Source: Eledone cirrhosa | Lineage: Eukaryota | Assembly: GCA_964016885.1 (NCBI GenBank) | Contig: OZ024740.1 | Coordinates: 131,626,001-131,690,000, forward strand | Length of the DNA stretch: 64,000 nt | Reading direction: 5' to 3' | Part shown: positions 48,290 through 62,254 of the stretch, piece by piece | Position numbering within the stretch: the stretch's first letter is position 1 | Layout of the letters: every line of letters starts with the position of its first letter | The notes under the pieces: generated by a model | Databases searched by the model: none | What the model was told of the DNA's origin: nothing | Seen by the model: only the letters and a program-made list of their open reading frames with translations | Position numbers and translations under genes: made by a program

Positions 48290-49630
48290 GTATTGGTAGT
48301 GAGTCGGACGCCATTCTTTCCAGCATAGTTACGACCCTGTATTGGTCCGGACCTCACGATGGACTAAAACTGGAACCAGATGACGAGCAAGGTGGCCGCT
48401 CACATCCCGAAATGGGCCGAGGGGAAGCTATCTACTAATTCCTGACCGTCGTGCCTACTCGTAAGTCACGTCTGGCTGCGCTGGAGCATTTGCTCTTTCG
48501 CTTTTTGGGGAAAGGTCGCACTCCCATGGAGAGGCGGTCAATCTGCTGTCAGCACTCGCTACGTGGAGGGCTGGTAATGCCATGGCAGATGATGCGCAGA
48601 CATGCCCTCAGGATATGGCATTTCCACCTCTTTCTTGACGGTGATCAGTTGTGGTCGCCGTTTGTTAGACACATTTACCCAGATCGTCTTCTTGACGGAA
48701 CTGCAGTCCTGGGTCAAACGAAGACCAAGAGGTAGCGCTTGGTGACTGGAATACAGCCCTCTACCAGTCGGGCAATGCCATCGGTGGAAAATCCAATTTT
48801 GGCGTTCTATAGAGGGTTAGTGATAGTAAAGAGCAACGACGTCCTTCGGGAGCCTCTGGGTGTCGTCGAAAATCAACTACCCAATCTCTTCGGGAGAACT
48901 TTCGGGCCGGGGTACATGGAAAACCTCCAGAAAACACTGGCATGGAAGTGCCATCAGCCGGGCCTGTCCGAGATGTGTGCAGGGTGAGGAAACGGTCCTC
49001 CACGCAGTCTCCGAGCATTGCTGACCTATGGGCTTATGTCAAGCACCTACTGTCACGTGTAGGTCGGATCCGGCTATCTGCCGAGTCCATCGTGCTGATT
49101 GCCCCACCGCCTTCCTTTAGACGGAAAGGACAGGCAGTTTTTATCTGCCTGGTGGCCATGGTAAAAGAGGTCGTATGGTGGGCGCATTTGAAAGGGTTGG
49201 AGACGGGTACTTCTTCGATCACGCCCTCAGTGACTTTTTCAGGTTTCACTTGAAAAGGAAAATCAGGACAGAGAGGGAAATGTTGCCTTCCATCTGAAAG
49301 GTAGGAAAGAGAGGAAAGAATGGCCCGTGTCAATGGGCCTACCCTGAATGTGTTCCTGTAGTATCGTCAGAGGAAAACTGGAAGAGGGCGCTTGCTCTAG
49401 CGGTCATGGTAACCGTGGCTTTTCTTTTTCTTTTTTGAGGATTTTCTCCACGAGTAACCCTCGGATGTCTCTCTCCTATTTGGAATGTTTTCCTTGTTTC
49501 TTTTTTGTTATTTTCTTTTGTTATTCCTTTTTGTTACATGCAGAAATTCCCATTTTTACCGTCCTTTAATATCTTGTGCTCACTTTAATGCTATTCTTTT
49601 TGTCAACCCTTGTAGTTAATAAAGAAAACA
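48290..49630 (+). mobile_element. 3' fragment of an L1/Tx1-like LINE
   Basis: LFRFLGKG...RRSICCQH..RGGLVMP, a CPRC..ETVLH zinc knuckle, and MVKEVVWW. Pyrimidine-rich 3' UTR ending in AATAAAGAAAA. Confidence 0.7.
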
Positions 49631-49689
49631 TTATTATTAGTATAATTATTGTTATTATTATTATTATTATTATTATTGTTGTTGTTATT

Positions 49690-50812
49690 CCTTGAATCTC
49701 AGTCATTGATGTTGGTTAACTGGAAAGTCCGTTGGATTGAATATCAAGCCACTACCTGCAGCCTCAGATATTCAGGACGTATCGGAGGGTTCTTGCTGTT
49801 CCAAGCAAGCATGCCTTTTGAAGCGTTCCAAAAAGCGTGAAGGGGCCGATTTTCTTTAACCATCCCTGGAAACTTTTGGAGATAGTCCCCAGTGCGCCTA
49901 TGACAATCGGTATCACTTTGACTTCATGGCAGTTCCAAATCCTTTTCACCTCCCACTTTAGGTCCTGGTATCGGTTAATTTTCTCCCTCTCCTTCTCTTG
50001 CACTCTCGTGTCGAATGGGCAGGCCACATCAACAATCAGACACGATCTTTTTTCTTTGTCCACAACCACCAGGTCAGGTCTATTGTGTTCCAGTTTTTTG
50101 TCCGTCTGTATCCTAAAATCCCACAGCACCTTCACCTGATTGTTCTCCATCACCGCCTCTGGCCTATGCTCATACCATTTCTCAGAATGTGGTAAATTGT
50201 TTACTTTGCACAGGTGCCAGTTTATCACCCTGCCCATCACATCGTGTCTCCAGCCCTTATAGTGGGTCTGGGCTAGGTGTTTACACTCGGACACAATGTG
50301 AGACACAGTCTCCTCTCTCTCTCCACAGATCCTGCACAGTGGGCTAGCCTCCTCCTTGTAAATATGGTGCTTCAACCACTTCGTTTTGAGGGCCTGCTCC
50401 TGCGCAGCCATTAGCATTCCTTCTGTAGCCTTTTTGAGGTCTCCTCTTCTCAACCAGTTCCATGTCTGTGGATGTCTAAATTCAGTTTTCTCAAAGAAGG
50501 TACTATGAAGGGATTTTCCCTGAAGGCTGCCCTTCCTCCTTGATGTTATTTCCTCCTTGGACATCCCCTGGCCTACTGTCCCCTCCTTCAGTACAGTCCT
50601 GAGCATTGGCTCCTTACTATAGGTCACGTATTTGTATAGGTTGTTTTTCTCCATCTGAACACAGTCCTCTATGCTGATAAGACCTCTTCCACCCTCAGAT
50701 CTCCTTAGGTAGAGTCTATCGACATCACTCCTCTTGTGGAACATGTTGTACATGTTGTAGATAGTCAATAGCTTCCTATGTTGTAGATAGTCAATAGCTT
50801 CCTATGTTGTAG

Positions 50813-50814
<2 letters not shown>
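49690..50814 (-). mobile_element. 5'-truncated R4/Dong-clade RLE retrotransposon (open ORF 49764-50768) in a (TAA)n repeat
   Basis: DRLYL.R.EGGRGL, CRICG...ETVSHIVSEC, RHD, LWDF.IQTD, NRPDL, DVACP and IPIVIGALG. TAA repeats on both sides. Confidence 0.92.
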
Positions 50815-50871
<57 letters not shown>

Positions 50872-51449
50872 CATTAGCTCTTGTTCATTGACCATTCATA
50901 TTCCGACAGAGCAGAAAGTAATAAAATCTAATTTGCTCTAAACACCCACGTACACATACACATAAATCAAATTCCAGTACATATGATTTTGGGTGTTTGT
51001 CACTAGCAACACTCACTGAACTATGTCACGCCCGATACTTGGCGTAAAGACTACAACAACATTCTATTCCTAACCACGTCACTATCAATTATTTGGCAGA
51101 AAAACTAAAATAAAATCTTATTTTCACATAACGTGATCACCAACTATCAATCACATTTCAGTTTAAGCAGCAAGGAATCTGACCAAACGTTTTGCATAAA
51201 ACAAAATGAAATTGCCTAACGCCTCAGAGGCGAGACGCATCGCGGCCTGGCTACAGATTTGTGTATCTCACTTGAATTTTAAATACCATGAAACTGTAAA
51301 ACCGGTAAAGTTGTTGTAAATAATCTGCAACTTCTTTTACAACACACTCACACACACATACACACACATACACACACACACATACAAACAGACAGACCCC
51401 CCCCCCCCTCCCACACCACCACCACACACACACACACATATATATATAT

Positions 51450-51800
51450 ACGAGTGTCCTTATCTCGCCAATTAACTTTCATTTTTGTACGTTTGCCGTA
51501 GTTCCAAAACGATGACCCTTCAATTTTGATTTTATCTGAGAGATGAGGTAAAAATTTCACGGAGCCCGAATTGGAGGGTTGGGAGGATGAGAATGTTTTT
51601 CGTCGAAGGAAATACTCGAATTAGAAGAGTTGTGTTAACAGGGGCGTTATCGTGGGGCAGTTCCAAATATATTGCAATGTCTTTTCGGATACATTTGAGC
51701 TGTTTATTCAGGTCTATCCAAGATAACATTTGCGATTAATTGCCTAGCCCTCCATAATGAGGTTCCTCATCATCATTTCTCTCCCCTCTTGAAAGCATTG
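51450..51800 (-). mobile_element. Mariner transposase 3' remnant
   Basis: LPHDNAPVNT..LIR.F...KNI..LP followed by IKSKLKGHRF. Begins at TACGAG after a TA run. Confidence 0.55.
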
Positions 51801-52219
51801 TGCTAATTAAAAATCTTACTTCTCGAAAGGTTCACATAACATTTAACCACGAACGTAACTAACATTATAAAATATTTAGCATATAAACTGCAATAACACA
51901 TAACTGAGTCAACGGATGATGTTGAAACATGCATGTATTTGCAGCGAGGTCGCTACCAATACTGCTTTATACATCATTGAGGTGTTGCATTATTATGTCT
52001 TAAATAGTACACTTGAACATTATATGCCCGTCGTACTTTTGTAATATGAAAAGAGATGTTTTTCAGTTAGCAGTTCAATGAGGCAAGCTATTGTGGAAAG
52101 CATGCAGTTTGAGAGTAACATGGCTATATGCTCTATATTTAATATGTTATCTACTCCCAAAGAATTTGCTCTTGAGTCGGACTAATTCATTCAATATTGT
52201 TTGCATACATTTATTGAAA

Positions 52220-52645
52220 CAACTGTTTCTACTTTTGGCACGATGCCAACATATACCCAGTTTATTTCTGCTACTTTATTCTGTCGACCCCGTAAAATGA
52301 ACAACAAAGTTAACCTTGGTGGGATTTGAACTCAGCCCATACAGGAACGTAACTCTATCCTGCAAAGCATGGTGTCAGACGTCTACTGATACTGCCAATC
52401 CAGCGCCCTTTTATTGAAATAATGGTTTCTTATATATCACAACGTAAGCAATTTTGAGGGGGGGGGGGGGAGAAGTCGATAAAATCGACCCCAGTGCTTG
52501 ACTGGTACTTTATGTTATCGACCCGTAAGGATGAAAGGCAAAGTTAACCTCGGCGGGTTTGAACTCAGATCATAAAGGACCGTAACTCTATGCTGCAAAG
52601 CATGATGTCCGACCCCTTACCGATACTGCCAATCCCTCGCCCTCC
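52220..52645 (-). mobile_element. Two tandem SINE copies
   Basis: Same family as 15554. TTATTGAAATAATG is duplicated at 52391 and 52649. Confidence 0.85.
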
Positions 52646-52846
52646 CTTTTATTGAAATAATGAATGTTGTTTCTTAAATCAAGAAACAGTTGTTCGTGTT
52701 AGTAAAACTGAATTATTTTACTTATCTAGCATATATCCCACCAAAGTGAGATTTTGTCTTATGTTATATATATGTGTATGTGTGGGTGTGTTTGTGTGTG
52801 TGTCTCTGCGTGTGTGTATGTGTGTGTTTGTATTTATTTGTCTGTA

Positions 52847-52955
<109 letters not shown>

Positions 52956-53049
52956 ATATATATAAATATATTTATTCATTTATACACAGACACTCACATA
53001 CGGTTACACAACCAAACATACACACGCACACACACACACACACACACAG

Positions 53050-53089
<40 letters not shown>

Positions 53090-53097
53090 TGATATAT

Positions 53098-55430
53098 AGG
53101 AAAATGTTTAAGACCCCGACGGCAGAGTTCGAGCCGTTTCGACGGCTATTTCTGGACTGAATTAGATTTTTAGCGTGGTAATAAATAGCCGAACTTTTCA
53201 AGGGGTAATTCCTTATGTGGGAAGATTGTAGTTGTCAAAAGGCCTGGTCAAAATTTCTTGTAAACACAATTAGATCTTTCATGGCGGTCGGTGGGAGGCA
53301 GGGGTGGCTGAACATGCCTGTAGAACAATGAGGGAGTGGGAGGAGCCGATCAAGCGTTGAAAATGAATTCTATGCAGCAAATTCTAAGGAGTGTGGAAGA
53401 AATTAGGCTAGTTAGAAAGAAGGCGAAACAAGTATTCTGGAGGAATCTGAGTGTTGGAAAATATATAATTAAAAAGTTAATAAATTAAAATAAAAAAATA
53501 AAAAAATAATAATAAATAAAAATTATAATAAAAAAAAAAAATTAGATACTAAAAAAATAATTTAAAAAACTAGAGTCTAAAACAGCTGCTATATTTTTAG
53601 CTGGTATTGCGTTTTCGGCCAATGCTATATGGAAATTACTGGGGTGGCGTTACTGAGGCTACAAAAGCCCGATGGGCTGCCTCAGGGTAAGCGAAATAGG
53701 AAAAAGGAAAAGGAATAGGAGAGGGAGTTGAAAGAAGTGGGAAGAAGAGATAAAGGGTAAATAGAAAAGAGGTACATCTACCTATGTATGCTGGGGTTTC
53801 TCCTATCTTGTTCGACAAGTGGGGAAAAGAAGGTTGTTACATCCATTGTCTACCTACCTGGGTAATGAAGGGGTTTGAAGGGCGGGGTAAGACCTAAAAA
53901 ATCGGTGTTTACACGCGATTACAAGTTCGACCTTTTTGTTTAGGAGTTGGTCCTCCGTAAACATCATTTGTATTGTTTCCTACGAGCATAAGTTACACGG
54001 ACGGCGTCCTCCTGTGTAGGAGTTAGCCCTGGAAAGTAAGCTTCAAGTAAGATGATATGTGCTGTTATTATCTTGGAGGTCCCAGATGTGGTCCTAAAGT
54101 GTAGTGGCATGTCTCAGGGCTGGGTTTCTGAACGTATGTGGGTGTTGGTAGAGCGGGGCCTTAAAATCACAAGCGGTTAATCCTATATAGGCTTTGTTTG
54201 AGATTTCCGTCCTCACGTTGCATTAGTAGATCACGTTACGTTCGCGGCATCTGTTGTTAGGGGGGGGGGCACGTATATCTATCAGGGCAGTTACACCTCC
54301 CGGTCGGCGCTCCAGTAATGTCTAGTTTGTTTCTTCCATAGGAGTTGAGTGTCTTGTTGTTTGAGGAGGCAATGTTTTGTGGGAAGTTGGGTGTGGTGCT
54401 GTAGGTGAGTTTAATAGTGGTTTTGTTGATTATGTTGTGGTAGCGGTGTTGTGGTGGGAAGTTTTTTTCGTTGAGCCTAAAGAAGATTTCCCGATTGGTG
54501 TTGTGGGGAGGGTTGAATCACGTTACGTAGTTTGAACGACGGCGGCGCCTGCTGATTCCGCTTAGGGAAGCTGGGTAAAAGGAGATTTCCTCCCGAAAGC
54601 CACTTCGCATGACGGCCTGGTTGTAATAAGGCACATATTCATCGAATATCCGCTCATTAGTGGACAAACGAGATATGCGGAGGGAGATGTTTTTAACCAG
54701 GTTTTGGTGATATTTCTAGGGTGGTTAGTACGGCGGTAGATGTAATGAAGTTGGCCGTTTGATTTCCTGTAAGGGTAGTACAGATCATTTTCGAAGTTGA
54801 GAGTAACGTCCTTTTTCACTTTTCTTACCCACAGGCAGCCCATCGGGCTTTTGTAGCCTCAGTAACCCCACCCCAGTAATTTCTATATAAGTTTGGCCGA
54901 AAAAGGAATACTAGCTAAAAATACATCAGCTGTTTTAGAAATGTTTAATATTATTATTATTTTTATTTATTATTTATTTTTTTATTTCAATTTATTACAT
55001 TTTTAATTTTATATTTTCCCACTCTCAGATTCCTCCGGAATTCTTTTTCGCCTGCTTTCTAGCTAGCCTAATTTCCCCCATACTCCTTAGAATGTGCTAT
55101 ATAGAATTCACTTTCAACGCTTGACCGGCTCCACCCACTCCCTTATTGTTCTACAATCAAGTTCAGCCAGCACCACCTCCCACCGACCACCATGAATGAT
55201 CTAATTGTGTTTACAAAAAATGTTGACCAATCCTTTTGACAACTACAATCTTCCCATATAAGGAACTACCCCTTGAAAAGTTCGGCTATTTATTACCACG
55301 CTGAAAATCTAATTTAGTCCAGAAACAGCCGTCGAAACGGCTCGAGCTCTGCCGTAGGGGTCTTGAACATGATCCTATTACCCACGCTACTACCCTAAGT
55401 ATTGAGTACTCTGGTGCACTATTTTTCCAT
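53098..55430 (-). mobile_element. Naiad-type PLE (family B), 5'-truncated, with ~570-bp inverted terminal copy
   Basis: 53105-53685 is inverted relative to 54835-55370. The interior encodes DVTLNF...YPYRK...NHP, CNCP...CP, AYIGLT..DFKAR and RPCNLC...ACKHR with stops. HHRs at 53113-53206 (-) and 55268-55361 (+). Confidence 0.88.
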
Positions 55431-55635
55431 CTCTCTATTTTGTCCCATGCATTTCTTCTTTTTCTTTTTCTTCTTTTTCTTCCTTTTCTTCGTTTTGTCT
55501 TTCTTTCTTTCTTATTTCCCTCTTTTCTCTCTCTCTTTCTTTCTGTATTTTCACTGCTAGAGTGAACCTCTTCAAATGAAGTTGATGTTTATTACGGTAT
55601 GTCGAATATATTTATCTATAAAACTGTTTATATTG

Positions 55636-55701
55636 TATTTTGTCTGATGAAGGCATAGCATATTGTTAATATGATATCCCCGAAATATATATAATGAAAT
55701 A
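55636..55701 (+). ncRNA. Type I hammerhead ribozyme, family A, in a solo pLTR (55430-55832)
   Basis: TATTTTGT CTGATGA AGGcATAgCATATT gtt AATATGaTATcCCC GAAA TATATA TA ATGAAATA. Confidence 0.8.
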
Positions 55702-55829
55702 AATATGGTTTTATAAATATAGTTTTCCATTTATTTAATATTGTAAATATACTCCAAGTATTTGTCGAGTGCTTTTATATCAGTTATAAATATTTACTAG
55801 TTGTAACCCAACAATTTTAAATATAACTT

Positions 55830-55865
<36 letters not shown>

Positions 55866-56966
55866 TTCAAAATATTAATAAATATAGACATTCGTGTGAT
55901 CAATTATATTTTATTATATATACTTGAGAGGTACTGTGCTGTTTCCTCAGTAAGTCGTCACCAGATAAAATATATTGATGTCTGTCATATATATATATAT
56001 ATTCGTTATATATACATATTGTTTTGTGTACTTATACTTCTGCTACGTATCGGTTGGAAAGGCAACCCGGGCAACATGATGTATTTAATATAATATTTGA
56101 GCACAAGTTTGTTATTTATGTGTGGTCGCTTTACTTCTGAATAATATGTTTTATGTTGCCTTTTTCTTGTGTACTGAATGGTCTGTTAGTAATGAGTATA
56201 TACCTGTAATCCTGTTTTGCTTATGCTGTCTATTTTTAGTTTGTTTAGTGTAATTATTTATTTTATTTGATGTTCTTTGGTATTACTTTTAAGAATTGTG
56301 AATGCGGTTGGTTTAGGTGATATATAATTCTTAAAACCATGTTTCCTGTTGATTGATGTGCAGCTGCGCCTTTAATATAGTAGAACGTGAGTGTAATTTC
56401 ATTTTCGCATATTTTCTGTATATGTGTGTTGAGAGGCGACGCCTCTATAGATTGAAATTTATGCGAGAATAAGATTCCCTATGGTATTTAATTGAGATAT
56501 TTACACATTCAAACGTGTTCTTTCTTGAACACTACACATCTAACTTGGTGACCTGTCAAGAAATATTGTATGTAAGTTTGTTCGAAGGTAATTGGATATT
56601 GGGGGATATGTTTAAAAGTGTTGCAAATGTTGAAAAAAATAGAGCATTTGTGAGGATTTTCCTAGTTCTTGCAGTAATGTTATGTCTGTGTTAAATACGC
56701 GAACAGTGCGGTAGGTGTATTTTGTGGTCTAACCCAATGTTTTAATTGTGAGATAGTTTCTTCCATTAATAGTTTATAGAACAAGGAAGGTATATATATA
56801 TTAGATTATTTCCTTCAATGTTTGTTGTGCTTTAGACGTGATATCAATTTTGTTAGATTCTTTCCAGGTATTGGAAATTTAATGAGTGCACGAGTAATTG
56901 TGAATGTGGGCGAGTGCATTAGTTCATTTTAGATCCTCTCTGTTGTAGGTGCATATAAGTAATAAT

Positions 56967-57147
56967 TCTTTCTACTTTAGGCACAAGGCCAGCAATTACC
57001 CAGTGCGTTACTGATACTTTATTTTATCGACCCCGTAAGGATGAAAGGCAAAGTCAACCTCGGCGGGATTTGAACTCAGATCGTAAAGGGACGTAACTAT
57101 GCAGGAAAGCATGGCGTCCGACCCTCTACCGATACTGCCAATCCGCC
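56967..57147 (-). mobile_element. tRNA-derived SINE with 16-bp TSD
   Basis: GCATATAAGTAATAAT at 56951 and 57148. Confidence 0.9.
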
Positions 57148-58118
57148 GCATATAAGTAATAATGTCTGACTGTGAGCCATTTCACTCTTTAAATTTGTAC
57201 AAGAATATTTTGTTGGTCTTGTTGAAAAACTTATCAAGTTGTATGATGTGAATCTTTCGAATTGTATGCTTGCTTTCTTCGTATGACACTTGGAGTCTGA
57301 TTGTGACATATATCTGATAAAGTGTTTACACAATGCGTGCGCCTACTCCTGTACTGCCGAAAAAATTATCGTCATCTCCGTGAGCACCTTTACCAAACTG
57401 TATAATTTGCGTTCAGCAGAGTTACGGAAATGAAATATTATATTATATCCAGAGTTATCCGTTTCTTTCATCGACGCCGTCACTACATTGTGTTTCCCGT
57501 CACTTGAATTACTCAGATTCCAGGAGGGTAACAAATGTATATGATATGTAAAAATAAAGTCGAAAGGGCAAGCCATGTAGACAAGATGACCCTACATTAT
57601 CACGACAGTTCCTACTTTTCTTACCTATTATATACAATTTTATTTACTCGGCATACCAGTAGCTTATAAGACGACAATGTTTGTAACGAGAGATACATAT
57701 TATAATATAAAAATAAACCCCAGCTCGTGTTTCTGTCATCCTGCGAGTTCTTGCTATGAAAGTCGATGACCTTACATATCTGTCATCACATTACTCCTAT
57801 GTCCGTGGTGTCATCCTTCATGACAGCAGCATCATCTCATCATATTTATACTCGTTATCCTTATCATGTCCACCCATAAATAGACCCAATCTTCAGCAGA
57901 CTCCCTATCATTGTCCTCCTAGTAATCCTCTTCACAAGAACCTTTTTTTTTTCAAACCTTCTTTATCTTCTCCACTGCTTGACAATTTATATAGCTCAAA
58001 ATTTCATACTCCGCTTCTAATGTTGGGAAGTGAACATTTATGCATAGGCATTCAATGCAATCTGTTCGTGTTGTTGGCTAGATACTATTAATTCGGTTAT
58101 GGCTAATATCAAGTACAG

Positions 58119-58342
58119 TGTCGTCGTCGTCTTCTTCTTCTTCTTCTTCTTCTTCTTCTTCTTCTTCTTCTTCTTCTTCTTCTTCTTCTTCTTTTTCTTC
58201 TTCTTTTTCTTTTTCTTCTTCTTCTTCTTCTTCTTCTTCTTCTTCTTCTTTTTCTTTTTCTTTTTCTTTTCTTCTTCTTCTTCTTCTTCTTCTTCTTCTT
58301 CTTCTTCTTCTTCTTCTTCAGTAGTAGTAGTAGTAGTAGTAA
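58119..58342. repeat. Compound (GTC)(CTT)n(GTA) microsatellite
   Basis: Direct reading. A further (CTT)n lies at 62980-63078, and long (TA)n tracts occur throughout (e.g. 299-416, 21608-21791, 25737-25944, 34912-35217). Confidence 0.95.
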
Positions 58343-60614
58343 TTATATTAATAAGTACAAGGCGAGACAGCATGAACTTTCTCCAGTTGTTATATTTACC
58401 ACCACACTGCTATCACTTCCCGTCATCTTTTATTTATTGCAGCAAATCTTTAGTAAGTATCAATGATTGATGCAGAAACTTGCTGAACTCGCATTCGTCT
58501 CCTTTCTATTATCGTCTATTGGGCAAACTTGTCGCCAACCTTTTCAGTCAGCAAATTTATATAGTCAGACATGAGAATAGTAATTGATGAATGGCTCGTT
58601 TTATTCAATATTCGTAACTATTCGATACATTGTCCTCTCAATGACAGTTAGATGTCCATAGTGTGAATATTGTGCTAGTGTTGATTGAAGTGAACGCTGA
58701 AAGGTAAGTTGCACAAACTGAATATCATAGTTAAAAACAAAATAACTATATTGATTTTCAAGCTGGTATGTGACAATCATTATATCAAAGAGTCACATCG
58801 TCTCATGATTCACGCCAGCGCTTTGTGTCCTTGAACAAGATATTTTATTGCAATGTATTCCATTCAACTCAACTGACAAAAATAATCTGCTATTCAAAAA
58901 TCCAGTGTTATGACACATGGTGTGACATTGAATCATGCTGAGAACTATGTTATGCGTGCATGTATCTAAGAAATGCTCAAGCACTGCCAGGTTGCTATGT
59001 TATTTGAATAACTGAGTCAAAGAATATGTTGTATTTAACGCCGATTTTTTTTTTCAATTAATTTCGAACATATCTCCCTTGATTAAAAAAGGTCTTAACT
59101 ATAATAATACTAATGCAGATTCAAATCCTCACTTTAAAAATGTTATGCACATCGATGAGCCACATCCCACACTGCTCTACAGAAATGCAATTTGGACTTA
59201 TACATAATAGAAATAAAATGATCATGAACGCCATCTTTGTTTATTAGGTTTACTGTATGTGAAAATATATGAAGGTAAAGATGAACGATCCCCAAAAAAG
59301 TATTTATCGACAGATATTGAATTGTTGCAACAGATTTTAACATGGCAATAAACATAAGAATATCAATATAAAGATAAAAAACGACTTATATGTACATGAG
59401 ATTTAATGAAGTTGACTACATTAAAAATATGACACAAAGGAAACAAAATATAAACATCGTAATAATAATATAAAAAATAACTAAATAATAACAATTCAGT
59501 AATGCTTCTTTTTCTTCTGCACTAACGTTTATAATAATAGATTATAGTTAAAATATATTTAAACTAGAGGCAATGTATGAAACCTCAATTACAAAGAAAA
59601 ACAAGTCGAAAACACACCGAATTCAAAATACAGACAAAATATATTTACGACGAATACAGTCAAGTTCAAGCCTTCTGCAAATACAAAATCATTAGAAATG
59701 TCTCCTGAAAAACTATAAATATTTCTAATAAAGTATAAAATGGAAACTACTAGGAATAGCTACAAAACATGAACAAAAATGAATTCTGTTTACTTTCCTC
59801 AAACAAAAAATAAAAAAATAAGGAAAGCATGGAATAAACAGTCTAAGATAGCAAACAGCCTTGTGAAGGATGTAGACAAAATCACATAAAACGTAAATTA
59901 AAATATGAGGTGTGATAATAAAATATAAGAAATTGAAAATAGATTACAAAATGACAGGCAAAGAACTTGGTTTGGGAAGCCACTTTAACACGATTTAACA
60001 AAGCAGTATAAAAGATAATAATAACATTAATCATTTCTGATAATCCATATTGTATCTAACATAGGTATAACTGATAGACATGATTAGCATATAAACCCCA
60101 GTATTTTAATGGTAGTTTGTTTTATTTCCCCCGGATGAAAATCAAAGTGTGATTTAGTATCGATATCCCCATGCATTCGATCAAGTTTCTGCTGATTTTA
60201 CCAATATCAGACATTTAGGATATGGACTAAGTAACTGCCGACGCGTGTAGAGGCTTGCTATTCATCTAATAATTTATTTACATCCTCATCCTTACATAAA
60301 ATCACATGTTATAATAAGTGGGCTATAGAAATATACACAAGGATGTACTAGAACAATTATATCAATACGAGGAGTCTGTGTCATAACTTTATAGAATGAA
60401 GGTTTTTTAAAACTGTGTAAACAATAAAAGTATTGAATATGAACTGGTATGAGGCAATAAGAGCTGATCTTGCCAATTGCACGTATTAAAGGCTATGACA
60501 CATGACCGAAACCTCTGTCGTTAGGCACTAATACAGAAGACCCGACTTCCCACGGGTACAAGCTGAAGATGAAGCATATATACAGTATATAGACAGTATA
60601 TATACAGTATAAAT

Positions 60615-60778
60615 GAGGTTGCTGTTAGGAATGGCCTCCATCTGTAGAACTCAAGCGAAAATCAGTTCTATATGAGCAAGACATGGACACCTGACCTGGC
60701 ATTGACCACAACAGGACAACTCGTCTAACCCATGCTATTTTGGAAGAATGGACGTAAAATGGTGATGATGATGATGAT
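60615..60778 (+). mobile_element. SINE/RTE-type 3' tail ending in (GAT)n
   Basis: GTCTAACCCATGC..TGGAAGAATGGACGTAAAATGGTGATGATGATGATGAT. Confidence 0.5.
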
Positions 60779-61267
60779 ATACAGAAATTACAATTAATTA
60801 AAATTAATTATTTAGATGTGACCGAAATATCAGTAGTTCTACAGAGAATCCATGAATATGGAACTGGGAATTTTCTCTCGAAGGAGCATATTGGTCAATG
60901 TGTTTGTGGAAGAACAGCAGCCACCTGTGCATGCAAGTTTCTTTTCAACACCACATTTGCTAATCAATATGATGTTAAGTCCATAATAAATATCCTTGCG
61001 AGAGAATGCATCTCGGATGTACGTTCTTCATGACAGATTTCATTAAAATATCACAATATACTTAAGCTATGAATTTCCACGAAAATATGATAATAGTGCG
61101 AAGAAAGCATACATTTCTTACATGCACCCATCTCCGTTTATTATGTGTACTTCTATCCTTACATGATCTGTAACACATTTCATATGACATGTTTTGTAAC
61201 ACACTTGTAGTGCATTGAGGGAAACAACGAAATATTCATTGTTATTGATAATATTTCTATTACCATG

Positions 61268-61642
61268 GTTGGCAGTATCAGTAGAGGGTCGGACGACATG
61301 CTTTTACGCATGTAGTTACGCCCCTTTCCATTCTGAGTTCAAATCCAGCCGAGCTTAACTTTGCCTTTCATCCTTACGGGGTCGATAAAATAAAGTACCA
61401 GTAATGCACTGGGTATTTGCTGGCCTTGAGCCAAAAGTAGAAACAATTATTATTATAGTTATCTGCTTATGGCGGGGGATTGGCAGTATCGGTAGAGGGT
61501 CGGACGCCATGTTTTGACGCATAGAATTACGGCCCTTGCCATTCTGACTTCAAATCCCACCAAGGTTAACTTTGCCTTTCATCCTTATGGGGTCGATACA
61601 CTGGTTAATTGCTGGCCTTGTGCCAAAAGTAGAAACAATTAT
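61268..61642 (+). mobile_element. Two tandem SINE copies in sense orientation
   Basis: TGGCAGTATC.GTAGAGGGTCGGAC...GAGTTCAAATCC...GCCTTTCATCCTTA, twice. Confidence 0.88.
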
Positions 61643-62209
61643 TATAGTTATCTGCATGGTTGTCATACAAAATGTTATCGCAATCTCAAATAATATTATT
61701 ACCAACAGATTTTTTTTCTTTTCAAGAAAGTTTACGGAATAAATCATATCGCTTGGTGATTTCCCTTGCTGGTTGTCGTTGTAACGCAGTCTTAATTTCA
61801 TAATTGTGTTGGAATAAGTGTGAACACAACTGACAAGTGAAAATACAAATATGTAGAAAGAATAACAAATCCTCAATATCCTAGCAGAAAACATTACCAT
61901 ATTTGTGTAGATATAGTGACAAACATTGTATACATGTTATTTAAGGTTGTATGAGAGGATGTAGTAAGGGAGATGATTTTTTGCGATATATTAAAGGGGA
62001 ATGAATCAATATATTTTGTGACATCTTTTTCAATGACACATATTTTTAAAGAACACGGCTTACCTTCAATGTTAAATATACATGAATACATAAAACTATA
62101 TTGATATTTAAAGGCACCTAAAAGTAGGAACATAAGATACATTTGAAAACATATATGTCTGTATTTGGATATCTACATATGAATATGGATGTTTGGTGTA
62201 AGTCCTTCA

Positions 62210-62254
<45 letters not shown>

